Source: a virus (lineage: Duplodnaviria > Caudoviricetes). From it: a stretch of 64,000 nucleotides of DNA. A model generated the notes under the pieces. That model did no database searches, was not told where the DNA came from, and was given only the letters and a program-made list of their open reading frames with translations. Below, piece by piece: positions 28,415 to 38,767 of this stretch; the stretch's first letter is position 1; every line of letters starts with the position of its first letter. Location: IMG/VR virus record IMGVR_UViG_3300047392_000199, positions 7,164 to 71,163 of that record; one strand, given 5' to 3'. A program made the translations under genes and the position numbers.

Positions 28415-29529
28415 TGATCGATGAAAAAACACTAAAACAACCCGTAAAAAGAATTTGGATTCTTGGTGATATGCACTTAGGAGTCAGAGCAAATTCTGTA
28501 GAATGGCTAGAAATACAACAAGAATATTATGATAATGTTTTTGTTCCAACATTGAAAGCAAATTATCAAGAAGGAGATGTACTAGTACAGGTTGGTGATG
28601 TGTTTGATAATAGACAAAGTATCAATTTAAAAGTTCTACATTATGCTGTAGATTTATTTGAACGTCTTGGTAAAATTATGCCAACTCATGTTATCTGCGG
28701 AAATCATGATATTTGGGCTAAGAAATCAAATGATGTTACTTCAATTGATACTCTTAAATGGATCCCAAATGTTGGTATTTATAAGAAATGTAAAACATTT
28801 AATTGGGGTGGAAAGAATATCTTATTGATGCCATGGAGAAGAGATGCAAATCATGAAGCTGAAACCCTAGCTAAGTATTCTAAAATAGACATAGTGTTCT
28901 GTCACTCTGAAGTTACAGGAATTAAACTAAACGCTAAGGTTAATAATCAACATGGTAATTCAATTGAAACCTATAGCGGTTATACTGCTGTCTATTCTGG
29001 ACATATTCATTACCGACAAAAGAAGGGTAAATTAAGAATGGTTGGTACTCCATATCAGTTAACTCGATCAGATTCAAACAATCCTAAAGGATTTGATTTG
29101 GTTGATTTAGCAACAATGGACGAAACATTCTTTGAAAATCAAACCTCACCAAAGTTTGTTAAATACAATTTAGCAAATCTTTATAATACTCCATTAGGAG
29201 ACTTTAAGAAAGAAATTGAAAACAATTTTGTGGATCTATACGTTCCAGCTAAAATTGCAGCATCTAATTCCCTTTCTAAATTAATTAATAAGATTCAAAA
29301 GATTAGTCGAAAGATCGAACCAAATATTTATGATGAGGAGAACTTCTTAGATAAAGATTTCTACGATCTAGATGAAATTGAGGATTTGTACAAAAATTAT
29401 AACATTTTGCACTTATGTAATTTGTATGTTGATGGATTAAGTCATGATGATGAAATGAAACAACAGATCAAAACTAGACTAAAACAATTACACGACCAAT
29501 GTGCATATAACTACGATATTGAACAATGA
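28414..29529 (+). CDS. gp47 / Mre11-SbcD-like nuclease
   Basis: GDMHLG, GDVFDNR, GNHD, SGHIH. Confidence 0.92.
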   Translation: MIDEKTLKQPVKRIWILGDMHLGVRANSVEWLEIQQEYYDNVFVPTLKANYQEGDVLVQVGDVFDNRQSINLKVLHYAVDLFERLGKIMPTHVICGNHDIWAKKSNDVTSIDTLKWIPNVGIYKKCKTFNWGGKNILLMPWRRDANHEAETLAKYSKIDIVFCHSEVTGIKLNAKVNNQHGNSIETYSGYTAVYSGHIHYRQKKGKLRMVGTPYQLTRSDSNNPKGFDLVDLATMDETFFENQTSPKFVKYNLANLYNTPLGDFKKEIENNFVDLYVPAKIAASNSLSKLINKIQKISRKIEPNIYDEENFLDKDFYDLDEIEDLYKNYNILHLCNLYVDGLSHDDEMKQQIKTRLKQLHDQCAYNYDIEQ

Positions 29530-31199
29530 AAATAAAATCAATCGAATTCAAGAACTTTGCAAGTTATGGTAATAAAGTACAAAAACTAACCCTACCTGAA
29601 GATTCTTCTGAATTATACTTAACAACTGGTAAAAATGGCGACGGTAAAACTACTGTCGCTAATGCTATTATATACGCATTGTATGGTAAATTAGAAGGAA
29701 TTAAATTAGCTGACTTGCCGAATAGAATCAATAAGAATCTTTGGGTTCGAATTGTTATTCAATGTAAAAATATCGAAGTTATTATTGAACGTGGTCTAGC
29801 ACCTGCAATATTTACAGTTTCTCTTAATGGTGTTGAGTATGATAAAGCCGGTAAAAGATCGGTACAAGATTACTTAGAAGAGGAAGTTTACGGTATACCA
29901 TACCATGTGTTTAAGAACATTATCATTTTGTCTGTGAATGATTTTAAATCATTTTTAACAATGACACCAGGTGATAAGAAACAGATCATCGATAAGATGT
30001 TTGGATTCTCTATCTTAAATGATATGCAAAAAGCCATTAAAGAAGAGAGAAAGAATATTAAGAGTGATTTAGATGCTTTTGAAAGAGAGTTAAAACAAAT
30101 CAGCGAGAATGTTATTTCAGTTCAAGTTAAATTAAATCAACTATTAGAGGAATCTGACCAAAAAAGTAAAGATAAAATCGAAGAGTTGAAAGCATCATTG
30201 ATTAGCATGAATGATGATAAAAAGAAACTTGAAGAGGCTATTGGTAAAATTAAGAAATCAATAGGTACTAAAGCAACAGATCTAGACACATCAAAATCTT
30301 CTTACTCTAAATTAAAATATGAGTATGAAGAGCTTCAAAGAAAATTAAAGTTGTATGAGAAAAATGCGTGTCCAACATGCGAAGCACCTCTTTCAACTGA
30401 ATTCCATATTGAAAGAAAGAATGAAATTGAACATAAATGTACTGGAATTCCAGATCAAATGAAAGTTCACGAAGACGAGATTAGAGATATTGGTGAAGAG
30501 ATTACAGGTTTAAGAGCCAAAGAACGTCAAGTCCTAGATCGAGTTTCTGGTATGACTGTTTCAATCGAATCTCTTAAAGCAGAGTTACTTAAAATTAAAA
30601 GTAGCCTTAGTGATAATAAAGAATTCGATCATTTAAAACAAATCATTCAGGATTTTGAAAATAAAGAAGCAGAAAAAGATACTCAAAAAGCAGCATTAAA
30701 TTCTGATTATAATTTCTTAGAAGCAATCGAATCAGTATTAGGAGAAGATGGTGTTAAGAACCTTGCAGTTAAAACAATTCTACCAGGTTTAAATGCAAAT
30801 ATTGCAGCAATGGCAGCAACAATGCACTTACCATTCCATATTCGTTTTGATGAGAAGTTTGATTGTATCATTAATCACTTAGGAGAGAATATTAATCCAA
30901 TGACTCTTTCGACTGGAGAGAGAAAGAAGGCCGACTTTATCGTAATTATTGCAATTATCAAGATTCTTAAATTAAGATTCCCTCAATTAAACTTGTTATT
31001 TTTAGATGAGTTACTAAGTTCTGTCGACCAAGACGGTATATACAATATCTTAAAAATCTTAAGTCAGGTTATTAAAGAGAGCAAAATTAATACATTTGTA
31101 ATTAATCACACTGTCCTACCTCACGAAATGTTTGATAAAAAAATACACATATATAAAGAAAACGGGTTCTCAAGATTTGATATTGAGTCCATCGAATAA
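29526..31199 (+). CDS. gp46 / Rad50-SbcC-like ATPase
   Basis: GKNGDGKTT, CPTC zinc hook, LSTGE, FLDE. Confidence 0.93.
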   Translation: MKIKSIEFKNFASYGNKVQKLTLPEDSSELYLTTGKNGDGKTTVANAIIYALYGKLEGIKLADLPNRINKNLWVRIVIQCKNIEVIIERGLAPAIFTVSLNGVEYDKAGKRSVQDYLEEEVYGIPYHVFKNIIILSVNDFKSFLTMTPGDKKQIIDKMFGFSILNDMQKAIKEERKNIKSDLDAFERELKQISENVISVQVKLNQLLEESDQKSKDKIEELKASLISMNDDKKKLEEAIGKIKKSIGTKATDLDTSKSSYSKLKYEYEELQRKLKLYEKNACPTCEAPLSTEFHIERKNEIEHKCTGIPDQMKVHEDEIRDIGEEITGLRAKERQVLDRVSGMTVSIESLKAELLKIKSSLSDNKEFDHLKQIIQDFENKEAEKDTQKAALNSDYNFLEAIESVLGEDGVKNLAVKTILPGLNANIAAMAATMHLPFHIRFDEKFDCIINHLGENINPMTLSTGERKKADFIVIIAIIKILKLRFPQLNLLFLDELLSSVDQDGIYNILKILSQVIKESKINTFVINHTVLPHEMFDKKIHIYKENGFSRFDIESIE

Positions 31200-31209
31200 T
31201 ATATAGAGT

Positions 31210-32118
31210 ATGGCATCATATAACGTAAAATACAATTCCGACGATTCAGTTATCCGACATCTTATTATCGGATTCCTAGCTGATTTAAATAACAAAGTTT
31301 ATTTTTATCGTCAATTAGAAGAGAATAAAAGAGCAGTAATTGATGTTCCCTTTTATTACTCAGTAACTGGAGATGATGATTTTTTAAGGGACAATTTCTT
31401 ATTTACAACAGCGGTTGGTCCTGATTGTGTACCAAATAAAGCTTATGCCGATGGTAACTATGAAACAATTCCAAGAGGAGTTGCCAATTTAGAGTCTATT
31501 CAAATTGATTCAGCCAAATTGGTTAATCGTCGAAATAGAGGAGCATATACTCGTTTAGATGAGAATGGTTCTATGCAAGGATATACTGCAGAATTTGAAA
31601 TGATTCCAATTACAATGTCCTTTGCTGTTGAAATTTTAGTATCTTCTCAGTTAGATGCATTAAAGATTACAGAGATGTTAATCAAAAAGATGTATAAGTC
31701 CAATTATTATTATGCTGAAGTTGGACACTTAAATGAGGGTACATATAAATTAGCGGCATACTATGCAATGCCAGACGATTATAGCCCAGAACGACCAATT
31801 GAATATACTTTTGAAAGTAAGGGTAAATATAAAATTGCATTAACTTTAGAAGTGAACTCTTTCTTACCAGCCTTTGATTTAGGTGATGGATATGATTTAA
31901 CAGATAAATTAGGTCTTGACTACAGTAGTAATGGAAATGATCCAAATGGTGTTACAGGTAAGAGACCACAATCTGAAGGAAATACTGAAATGCATATCGG
32001 TAACCGAATGTTTGAGATCAGATCGACAACAATTACTGATCAGACACCGTCTGAATTTAAAAGAGGATTCATAAACAATGATGACGTTAATATTATCAGT
32101 AAGAAGAACGATATATAG
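31210..32118 (+). CDS. tail terminator / sheath stabilizer (gp15-like)
   Basis: Late promoter; IDVPFYY, IPRG..LESIQID..K, IPITMSF pattern. Confidence 0.6.
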   Translation: MASYNVKYNSDDSVIRHLIIGFLADLNNKVYFYRQLEENKRAVIDVPFYYSVTGDDDFLRDNFLFTTAVGPDCVPNKAYADGNYETIPRGVANLESIQIDSAKLVNRRNRGAYTRLDENGSMQGYTAEFEMIPITMSFAVEILVSSQLDALKITEMLIKKMYKSNYYYAEVGHLNEGTYKLAAYYAMPDDYSPERPIEYTFESKGKYKIALTLEVNSFLPAFDLGDGYDLTDKLGLDYSSNGNDPNGVTGKRPQSEGNTEMHIGNRMFEIRSTTITDQTPSEFKRGFINNDDVNIISKKNDI

Positions 32119-32156
32119 AACTAGATATATAATAAAAGAAAAAAACCAGAGTAAAA

Positions 32157-32921
32157 ATGACTAAAAACATTCTGTCTCCAATTAATCAAACCGAAAACGG
32201 AGTTCAATTCTATTTGAATGGACGCGTATTTGAGATGGTTGGTTCTGAAATAAAAGAATTAGAGCTTAACCAAATTACGCCTGAATTTGGCAACAAAATC
32301 AGAGCTATTCAAACGTTTACATTTACTAATGAAAACGTAAAATGGTACTATGGTGCCGCAAGATTTAACTACAATATTGCTGAAGGTAAATTTACTTGGG
32401 GTAACTCAGAAATTTTAGGCGAATCATTTGTTAATCATGTTGTAGCTGCAGGAGCAGTTAAATATGAGCACAAAATCACTGCTGAATTATTTGAAAATCT
32501 ACCATCAATGTTAGAGTCTTTCATTCAATTAGATTTCGTATCTTGTTTTGAAGGAAATAACAACTCAGTAGATTTAATGAAAGTTGAAAATAATATTTTC
32601 GTTTCTAGATTTAATTCTGAAAATAGAATTGCTAAATTCTTTAAAGCTGAAAACGCAACATCTGCATTAGAGTACGTTAAAGAACAAACTGGTCAAGATG
32701 CATCAGCATTCTTAGTAGAATTCTTAGAAGTTGAAGCAGTAGAAATTGCAGAAAAAGCAAAAACTATTATGGCTTACGAATCTACAATTGTATTCTTAAA
32801 AGAGCAAAGAGAATTATTAGCAAATGCTGATAAAAAGAATCCAGAAATTAAAGCAGCTGACAAATTAATCAACGAAGAGATTAAAGGTTGGGAAGCTAAA
32901 ATTGCTGAGTTAAACGCTTAA
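32157..32921 (+). CDS. late-expressed hypothetical (probable virion) protein
   Basis: Tandem GATATATA at 32110 and 32124; terminator downstream. Confidence 0.55.
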   Translation: MTKNILSPINQTENGVQFYLNGRVFEMVGSEIKELELNQITPEFGNKIRAIQTFTFTNENVKWYYGAARFNYNIAEGKFTWGNSEILGESFVNHVVAAGAVKYEHKITAELFENLPSMLESFIQLDFVSCFEGNNNSVDLMKVENNIFVSRFNSENRIAKFFKAENATSALEYVKEQTGQDASAFLVEFLEVEAVEIAEKAKTIMAYESTIVFLKEQRELLANADKKNPEIKAADKLINEEIKGWEAKIAELNA

Positions 32922-32944
32922 GATTTTATACACATACAAATTTT

Positions 32945-32972
32945 AAAGGGATCGCTATGCGATCCCTTTTTT
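32945..32972 (+). terminator. intrinsic terminator
   Basis: AAAGGGATCGC-TAT-GCGATCCCTTT followed by Ts. Confidence 0.8.
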
Positions 32973-32980
32973 GAGTTAAT

Positions 32981-33006
32981 AAACAAATCTATTATCGGCT
33001 ATATAA
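32981..33006 (+). promoter_or_regulatory. AAAC-N17-TATAA promoter
   Basis: Exact motif upstream of the gp55 sigma gene. Confidence 0.7.
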
Positions 33007-33029
33007 TACCTAAAAATATAGAAAATATC

Positions 33030-33428
33030 GTGGCTGAAAGAAAACCCAGAGCAAATAAAAACTATCTAAATAACAGAGATTTTTATACGGCTATATGCGA
33101 ATCAAAGGATCAGGACAAACTGACTAGAGACGCAGAAAAGATGCTAATCTTATTAGCAGAAAAAGCTTTAAATAAATTAAGATTTGTTAATGATGATGAC
33201 CGAGCAGATTGTCTGCAATTTGCTATACTAGACTTATTAAAATATTGGAGAAACTTTAATCCCCAATACACAAATGCATTTGCATATTTTACAGAAATTG
33301 CTAAAAGAGGATATGCAAAAGGATGGAATAAACTGCATCCTTTAAAGTACAAAGGCACTATTTCTTTAGATCGTACCAGTAATGGTGACAGCGACGGAGA
33401 AGGTGGCGGCGGAATATATAGTATCTAA
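33030..33428 (+). CDS. late sigma factor (gp55-like)
   Basis: NYLNNRDFY, LKYWRNFNP, NAFAYFTEIA. Confidence 0.85.
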   Translation: MAERKPRANKNYLNNRDFYTAICESKDQDKLTRDAEKMLILLAEKALNKLRFVNDDDRADCLQFAILDLLKYWRNFNPQYTNAFAYFTEIAKRGYAKGWNKLHPLKYKGTISLDRTSNGDSDGEGGGGIYSI

Positions 33429-33913
33429 TGTCAATAAAAAACGTCAAACCAAGCAAGAATTCAGGATTTGTTCAAGGATATTATCAGCCCGAAAATAAAA
33501 GTAAATACGTTGGACAATCACCGATAATTTTCCGTTCCTCATGGGAGCGGAAATTCATGATTTGGTGCGATCGAAATGAAAGAGTTATTTATTGGTCAAG
33601 CGAACCTGTAGAAATTAAATATTTCTGGAGACTTGATGGTAGAGAACATAAATACAGTCCAGACTTTTTTATTAGAGTCTTACAAGATGATGGTAAAACC
33701 AAAGACATTCTTGTAGAAATTAAACCAGAAGACCAGCTTAAAAAACCGCTTCCACCTAAGAAAGCATCAACTAAATCTCTTAATAGTTATAAGTATATGG
33801 TCGAGCAGTATACTAAAAATTTGGATAAATATATAGCAGCCAAATCATACTGTTCCAATCGAAATTGGAATTTTCAAATCTTAACAGAAAAGACAATTAA
33901 TGGGTTACATTAA
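33428..33913 (+). CDS. head completion nuclease (gp4-like, TnsA fold)
   Basis: FRSSWERKFMIWCD, WSSE, YSPDF, VEIKP, ILTE. Confidence 0.88.
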   Translation: MSIKNVKPSKNSGFVQGYYQPENKSKYVGQSPIIFRSSWERKFMIWCDRNERVIYWSSEPVEIKYFWRLDGREHKYSPDFFIRVLQDDGKTKDILVEIKPEDQLKKPLPPKKASTKSLNSYKYMVEQYTKNLDKYIAAKSYCSNRNWNFQILTEKTINGLH

Positions 33914-34580
33914 AGACCAAATAAAGCAAATGTTCAAAGACAATGGCGGATATGCCAGAGCTAAGAGTGTGGCGACTAATTGGTTTAAAACCTCATTAGA
34001 TGCTAGAGAGGCAATGGAAGCCAAATCTACCCGAAAAAGATTTGAACCAGGTAAGATTTATGTTTTTAAATATGAACACCCAATTACCGAAGAGAGAATG
34101 AAATGGTTTGATAAATCACCAGTTGTCCTAGCACTAGATACTAAAGACCATACCGACATTGGTATTAATTTAAATCTACTTCCTGCAAAATTTAGACAGG
34201 AAATGTTAGATGCTCTCTATACGAGAATGCAAAGCAAAATTAAAATGAACGAGAAGGGTACCAAAGCAAATGACGCTAGAAAACAAAAACCTTTGATCGA
34301 TCTTAAATATGAGAATGCAAAAAAGTTTTTAGATCGTTATGGATTTGGATTTGCAATTAGAAGATATTTACCTAATTTAAAGAAAAACCAGGCGGTTGTA
34401 AGTTATGAAAGTTGGCCGAAAATAGCAATATGTGAATTTGCAAAAATACACGGCGCCACAGTTACTCAGATTCGGAATGAGTTTAAACAATATAATATTG
34501 ATAAAAACAATAAACCGAAAGAGATTCCTGCTACAAAGGATAACACTAGGAATAATGACAATAAAAATCTTAATATATAA
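33900..34580 (+). CDS. DNA end protector (gp2-like)
   Basis: PGKIYVFKY, FDKSPVVL, GINLNLLP. Confidence 0.75.
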   Translation: MGYIKDQIKQMFKDNGGYARAKSVATNWFKTSLDAREAMEAKSTRKRFEPGKIYVFKYEHPITEERMKWFDKSPVVLALDTKDHTDIGINLNLLPAKFRQEMLDALYTRMQSKIKMNEKGTKANDARKQKPLIDLKYENAKKFLDRYGFGFAIRRYLPNLKKNQAVVSYESWPKIAICEFAKIHGATVTQIRNEFKQYNIDKNNKPKEIPATKDNTRNNDNKNLNI

Positions 34581-34602
34581 AACAATAAAAAACTAAAGCT
34601 AC

Positions 34603-36204
34603 ATGGCGGGATTTGTAAATAAAAATGGACCTTTCAGTGCCAAGAGACCTTTTAATCTAAGTGATGGATTAAAAAGGCTTTCGTCATTTGGAATGTACTA
34701 TGACGATCTAGTACTTAGACAATCTCAAGCGATTGGACCTATGGAAGATCAGTTTGGTTACGGCCAAATGAACATGATGGGTTCAGACAATGATGATATT
34801 TATGGAGCATTTGCTGCTCTATCAATGGCTGATACAAACATGCGTAAGAACATTCCGTTCTTCGACATGAATTACAAAACAAAGAGAGAAGAACTAAGAA
34901 GTTTCTCAATGCATGATGAGATTGAGGACATTCTTGATATTCTTTGTGATGAAGCTATTGTATATGATGAGAAGAATTTCATCGCCAATCCTGATATTAT
35001 TGGTATGGAAGTTTCTGATGATGTAAATAGTTATCTTAATAAAGCATACAGAAACATCTATCAGTATTTTGGTTTTGCAGCTGATCAATCAGCATGGTTC
35101 TATTTCCGCAAATGGTTAGTTGATGGTTATCTATCATTTGAGATTATCTATAATCCAGAAATGACGGAAATCATCGGTTTTAAAGAAATCGATCCAGTTA
35201 CACTAGTACCTGGTTATAATAAAGAAGATGGTAAAAAAGTTTGGATCCAGTTTAAAGATGATCCAATTAAAGAGAGAAAATTATATGATTCTCAAATTAT
35301 TTATATCTCTTACTCTTCTATCACAACAGCATCTAGAATTTCTTATGTTGAACGTTTGATTAGATCGTTTAACCTAATGAGAGTTATGGAACATACCCGA
35401 GTTATTTGGGCTGTTACCAACGCTTCTTACAGAATGAAATTCATTATCCCTGTTGGAGGTAAATCTAAAACACGTGCTAAACAATCGTTGGCACAATTAA
35501 TGAATAACTATAAAGAAGTTGTAGATTTCGATTGGGATTCAGGTATGCTGAAAACTAATGGTAAACCAATGCTACAATTTAATAAAGAATATTGGTTACC
35601 ATCTAAAGATGGAGAACAACCAGAAATTGAAACACTTGGTGGAGATGGTCCGGAATTATCAGATACTGAAGCATTGAAGTACTTCACTGATAAATTAAAA
35701 GCAGTTTCTAAAATCCCTTACAATAGATTTATGTATGAAGATGGCGGTGGAGATTTCAATCTTGCTGCTGATGGTATGATCCGTGACGAGATTAAATTTG
35801 CTAAATTTATTAATCGTTTAAGAAGTTCATGGCAAGAGATTCTTGTTAAGCCACTCTATATTCAAATGTGTCTTAAGTACCCTGAGTTCTCAGATGATCC
35901 TGGTTTCAAAACACAAATTTCATTAAGATATAATGAAGAGAACATGTTTGCTGAACTGAAGGAAATGGAGATAATGGAGAAACGTCTTGACTTCATCTCT
36001 AACATGAATAGTAACCTTATGATTACAAATCCAGTTACAATGGAAGAAGACCACTACTTCGATCTTGAGTTCTTGGTTGACAGATATTTAAAAATGTCTC
36101 CAGACGATAAAGAAGCTAATAAAGCTTATAAAGCAAGAGCTGAAGCTAAAAAAGCCGAAGAACCACCAGCTGATCCAATGGGAATGATGGGTGGAGGAAT
36201 GTAA
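34603..36204 (+). CDS. portal protein (gp20)
   Basis: FRKWLVDG, EYWLP, EIETLGG, IRDEIKFAKFINRLR. Confidence 0.92.
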   Translation: MAGFVNKNGPFSAKRPFNLSDGLKRLSSFGMYYDDLVLRQSQAIGPMEDQFGYGQMNMMGSDNDDIYGAFAALSMADTNMRKNIPFFDMNYKTKREELRSFSMHDEIEDILDILCDEAIVYDEKNFIANPDIIGMEVSDDVNSYLNKAYRNIYQYFGFAADQSAWFYFRKWLVDGYLSFEIIYNPEMTEIIGFKEIDPVTLVPGYNKEDGKKVWIQFKDDPIKERKLYDSQIIYISYSSITTASRISYVERLIRSFNLMRVMEHTRVIWAVTNASYRMKFIIPVGGKSKTRAKQSLAQLMNNYKEVVDFDWDSGMLKTNGKPMLQFNKEYWLPSKDGEQPEIETLGGDGPELSDTEALKYFTDKLKAVSKIPYNRFMYEDGGGDFNLAADGMIRDEIKFAKFINRLRSSWQEILVKPLYIQMCLKYPEFSDDPGFKTQISLRYNEENMFAELKEMEIMEKRLDFISNMNSNLMITNPVTMEEDHYFDLEFLVDRYLKMSPDDKEANKAYKARAEAKKAEEPPADPMGMMGGGM

Positions 36205-36227
36205 TTCTAAAATAAAAATCAATATAA

Positions 36228-36569
36228 ATGAAAACTATTAAAACATTTGAACAATTCATTTCTGAAGCTGAAGCTTTAAAGGCTGAAGATTCTAAAGTAT
36301 ATGTTGACGATCTGTCTTTAGATAGCGGAGAAGTTATTAAAGCTGCTGAAATCTTAGGAGCTATTGCAGCATCTGCTACTGAAAAAGAATTTGAAGATTA
36401 TTTCTTTGCTCAATATGGTCAAACCGCATTTAAAGACGGTGATATGTCTAAGTTGAAAGAATACTATAATGAGACTAAAGAAGAGGAAAATAAAGAAGAA
36501 ACCGAGAAAGAGGGTAAGAAAAAAGATGATGGCGCAAGCGATCCGACTGCGGATCTAGGTGAGTTATAA
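36228..36569 (+). CDS. small acidic prohead core / internal protein
   Basis: Between portal and protease (gp67/68 position); starts MKTIKTFEQFISE. Confidence 0.6.
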   Translation: MKTIKTFEQFISEAEALKAEDSKVYVDDLSLDSGEVIKAAEILGAIAASATEKEFEDYFFAQYGQTAFKDGDMSKLKEYYNETKEEENKEETEKEGKKKDDGASDPTADLGEL

Positions 36570-36601
36570 TTTATTTTTTAAAAAATTCAAAAAATCAATC
36601 A

Positions 36602-36609
36602 GATATATA
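36602..36609 (+). promoter_or_regulatory. late promoter RATATATA (representative copy)
   Basis: The same octamer precedes most structural genes (see finding). Confidence 0.7.
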
Positions 36610-36631
36610 AACAAACATACTGTCAATAAAT

Positions 36632-38626
36632 ATGACTACACAAAGTAAATTACTTATTCTAGAAAGATCCGGTAATACCCTATCTTTTAACAAGGATGAA
36701 TCCGGTGCAGGATCTTATGTACTAGAAGGATGCTTTGGAGAAATTGGTGTAAAGAACAGAAACAATCGTATTTATACGGAAGCTGAATATGTTCCTCAAA
36801 TCGAATCACTTCAAGCAAAAATCCAATCATCTAAACTATTAGGTGAATTAGACCACCCACAAAATTTCGACATCTCTCTTAAGAATGTATCACATGTTAT
36901 CGAAGAATTATCTTATAACAAAGATACTAAACAGGTAATGGGAAAAATCAGATTATTAGATACAGATGCAGGTAGACAAGCAAAAGCATTAGTTGATGCT
37001 GGAGTTCCTTTACATATCTCTTCAAGAGCTGCTGGTACTGTTGAATCTAACGGTCAAGTTAAAATCAAACAATTATTTACTTATGATTTAGTTGCAGATC
37101 CTGGATTTGCTAATGCTGAATTAAAAAGAGTTAATGAGTCTTTTGGTTTTGAAGACGCTGGTGATATTCTGATTTATGAGATAAATAATCCAGAAAACAA
37201 TCAAACACAAACTATAGAAGAAAACAAAATGGAACAATCAAGATTCGTATCAACTGAGGATTTCAATAAGTATTCTAAGTATTTAGCTACTGAAATCAAA
37301 GGTTTAAAAGAGTCTCTAACTGAAAAGAACAACGACACTTTTGCTAAAGAAGTTGAGAATCTTAAAGAGTACTCTAGTTACCTTGCTGAGAAAATGAATT
37401 CAGTTGTTGAATACAACAACTACTTAGCAGAAAAATTAGATGATTCAATTCAACACGGCGATCATATCGCTGAGAAATTGGATCAATCAATCCAATACAG
37501 CGAAAAAATTGGAGAGTCAGTTAATAAAGTAAAAGAATATTCTAATTACTTAGCTGAAGCATTCAACGATGGCGCTGCAACTCATGAAAACATGATGAAG
37601 TATGTAACTTACTTAAAAGAAAACTTAGAGAAAGTTACTGAATACGCTGAGTATATCGCTGAATCAGTTAACAAAAACTTAATTGTTGAAGCTGATGGTG
37701 AAGAAGCTGGTCTTCCTGCTGAAAAAATCAAGAAAATGTCTGACGACAAAACTCCAGAAGTAGAATTTGACGGTAAAAAAGTAGCAACTGGCGAAGATGC
37801 TATCGAAGATACTGCTAAAGACCTTGAAAAAGATCTTAAAGATTCTAAAGCAGAAGGAGAAAACATCGGTAAAGAAGTTACTGAAGCTGCTGACGGTTTA
37901 ACTGGTACTCCAGCTGCAGATCTTAAAGATGATTCTAAAGATGTTACACCTCCAGTTGTTGATGGTGATGGTAAGAAATATGCTAAAGCTGAAGACAGAG
38001 CTGAAGATGATACTAAAGAATTAGATAAAGATTTAGAAGCTGCAAAAGCAACTAAAGGAGAAGTTGTTGCTAAAGAAGTAACTGAAGAAGTAGACAGAAT
38101 GGATGCTTATAAAGCAGCTATCACTGAGAAATTACAAGCATTAGTTGAAAAAGCAACTGTAAAAGTAGCTACTGAACCTAACTTCTTTAAATTTATTTCT
38201 GAATCTAAAGTAGAAGAATTCAAAACTCTTGCTGAAGAAGATAAAAACAAAATTGTTTCTGTAGTTGAAGGAAAAGGATTCTTAACTGAATCTCAAATCT
38301 ACGCTTTATGGAACAATGCATTGGCTACAAGAAGTTCTGAAGAACCAATGGTACTTAAAGCAATGCCTGCAGAATACAGAGAAACTTGGAATGGTTTATC
38401 TGAATCTAAAAAGAATCAAATCTTGGCACAGTCTAAATATCATAAATTAGAAACTGAATATCAAGTAAGAAACTTCTGGCAACAAAGAGACCTTAGAGAG
38501 GTTACTCCAGTAATGGAAAAAATCGAAGTTGTTAACGAAAGTAACAAAGTTGAAGAAAAAGCAAACACATTAGGTTATGATTTAACTGATATGAAAGAAG
38601 CTTTTGCTAAAAAATTCAAAAAGTAA
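36632..38626 (+). CDS. prohead protease (gp21) fused to scaffold/core (gp22-like)
   Basis: KNRNNRIY, GELDHP, SHVI, ISSRAAG, DLVADPG, then a coiled coil with EYxxYLAE repeats and acidic repeats. Confidence 0.85.
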   Translation: MTTQSKLLILERSGNTLSFNKDESGAGSYVLEGCFGEIGVKNRNNRIYTEAEYVPQIESLQAKIQSSKLLGELDHPQNFDISLKNVSHVIEELSYNKDTKQVMGKIRLLDTDAGRQAKALVDAGVPLHISSRAAGTVESNGQVKIKQLFTYDLVADPGFANAELKRVNESFGFEDAGDILIYEINNPENNQTQTIEENKMEQSRFVSTEDFNKYSKYLATEIKGLKESLTEKNNDTFAKEVENLKEYSSYLAEKMNSVVEYNNYLAEKLDDSIQHGDHIAEKLDQSIQYSEKIGESVNKVKEYSNYLAEAFNDGAATHENMMKYVTYLKENLEKVTEYAEYIAESVNKNLIVEADGEEAGLPAEKIKKMSDDKTPEVEFDGKKVATGEDAIEDTAKDLEKDLKDSKAEGENIGKEVTEAADGLTGTPAADLKDDSKDVTPPVVDGDGKKYAKAEDRAEDDTKELDKDLEAAKATKGEVVAKEVTEEVDRMDAYKAAITEKLQALVEKATVKVATEPNFFKFISESKVEEFKTLAEEDKNKIVSVVEGKGFLTESQIYALWNNALATRSSEEPMVLKAMPAEYRETWNGLSESKKNQILAQSKYHKLETEYQVRNFWQQRDLREVTPVMEKIEVVNESNKVEEKANTLGYDLTDMKEAFAKKFKK

Positions 38627-38767
38627 ATTTTTGAAAATTTAGAAAATTCGAAAAAAGAATTGAATATATAATAAAACAATAAAACGACGATAATTAGATA
38701 AGAAGCAAAAATCTAAAGTATGTCGAGCATTACGCTAAAAACAAAAACAAAAAACACATTCTCAAAA

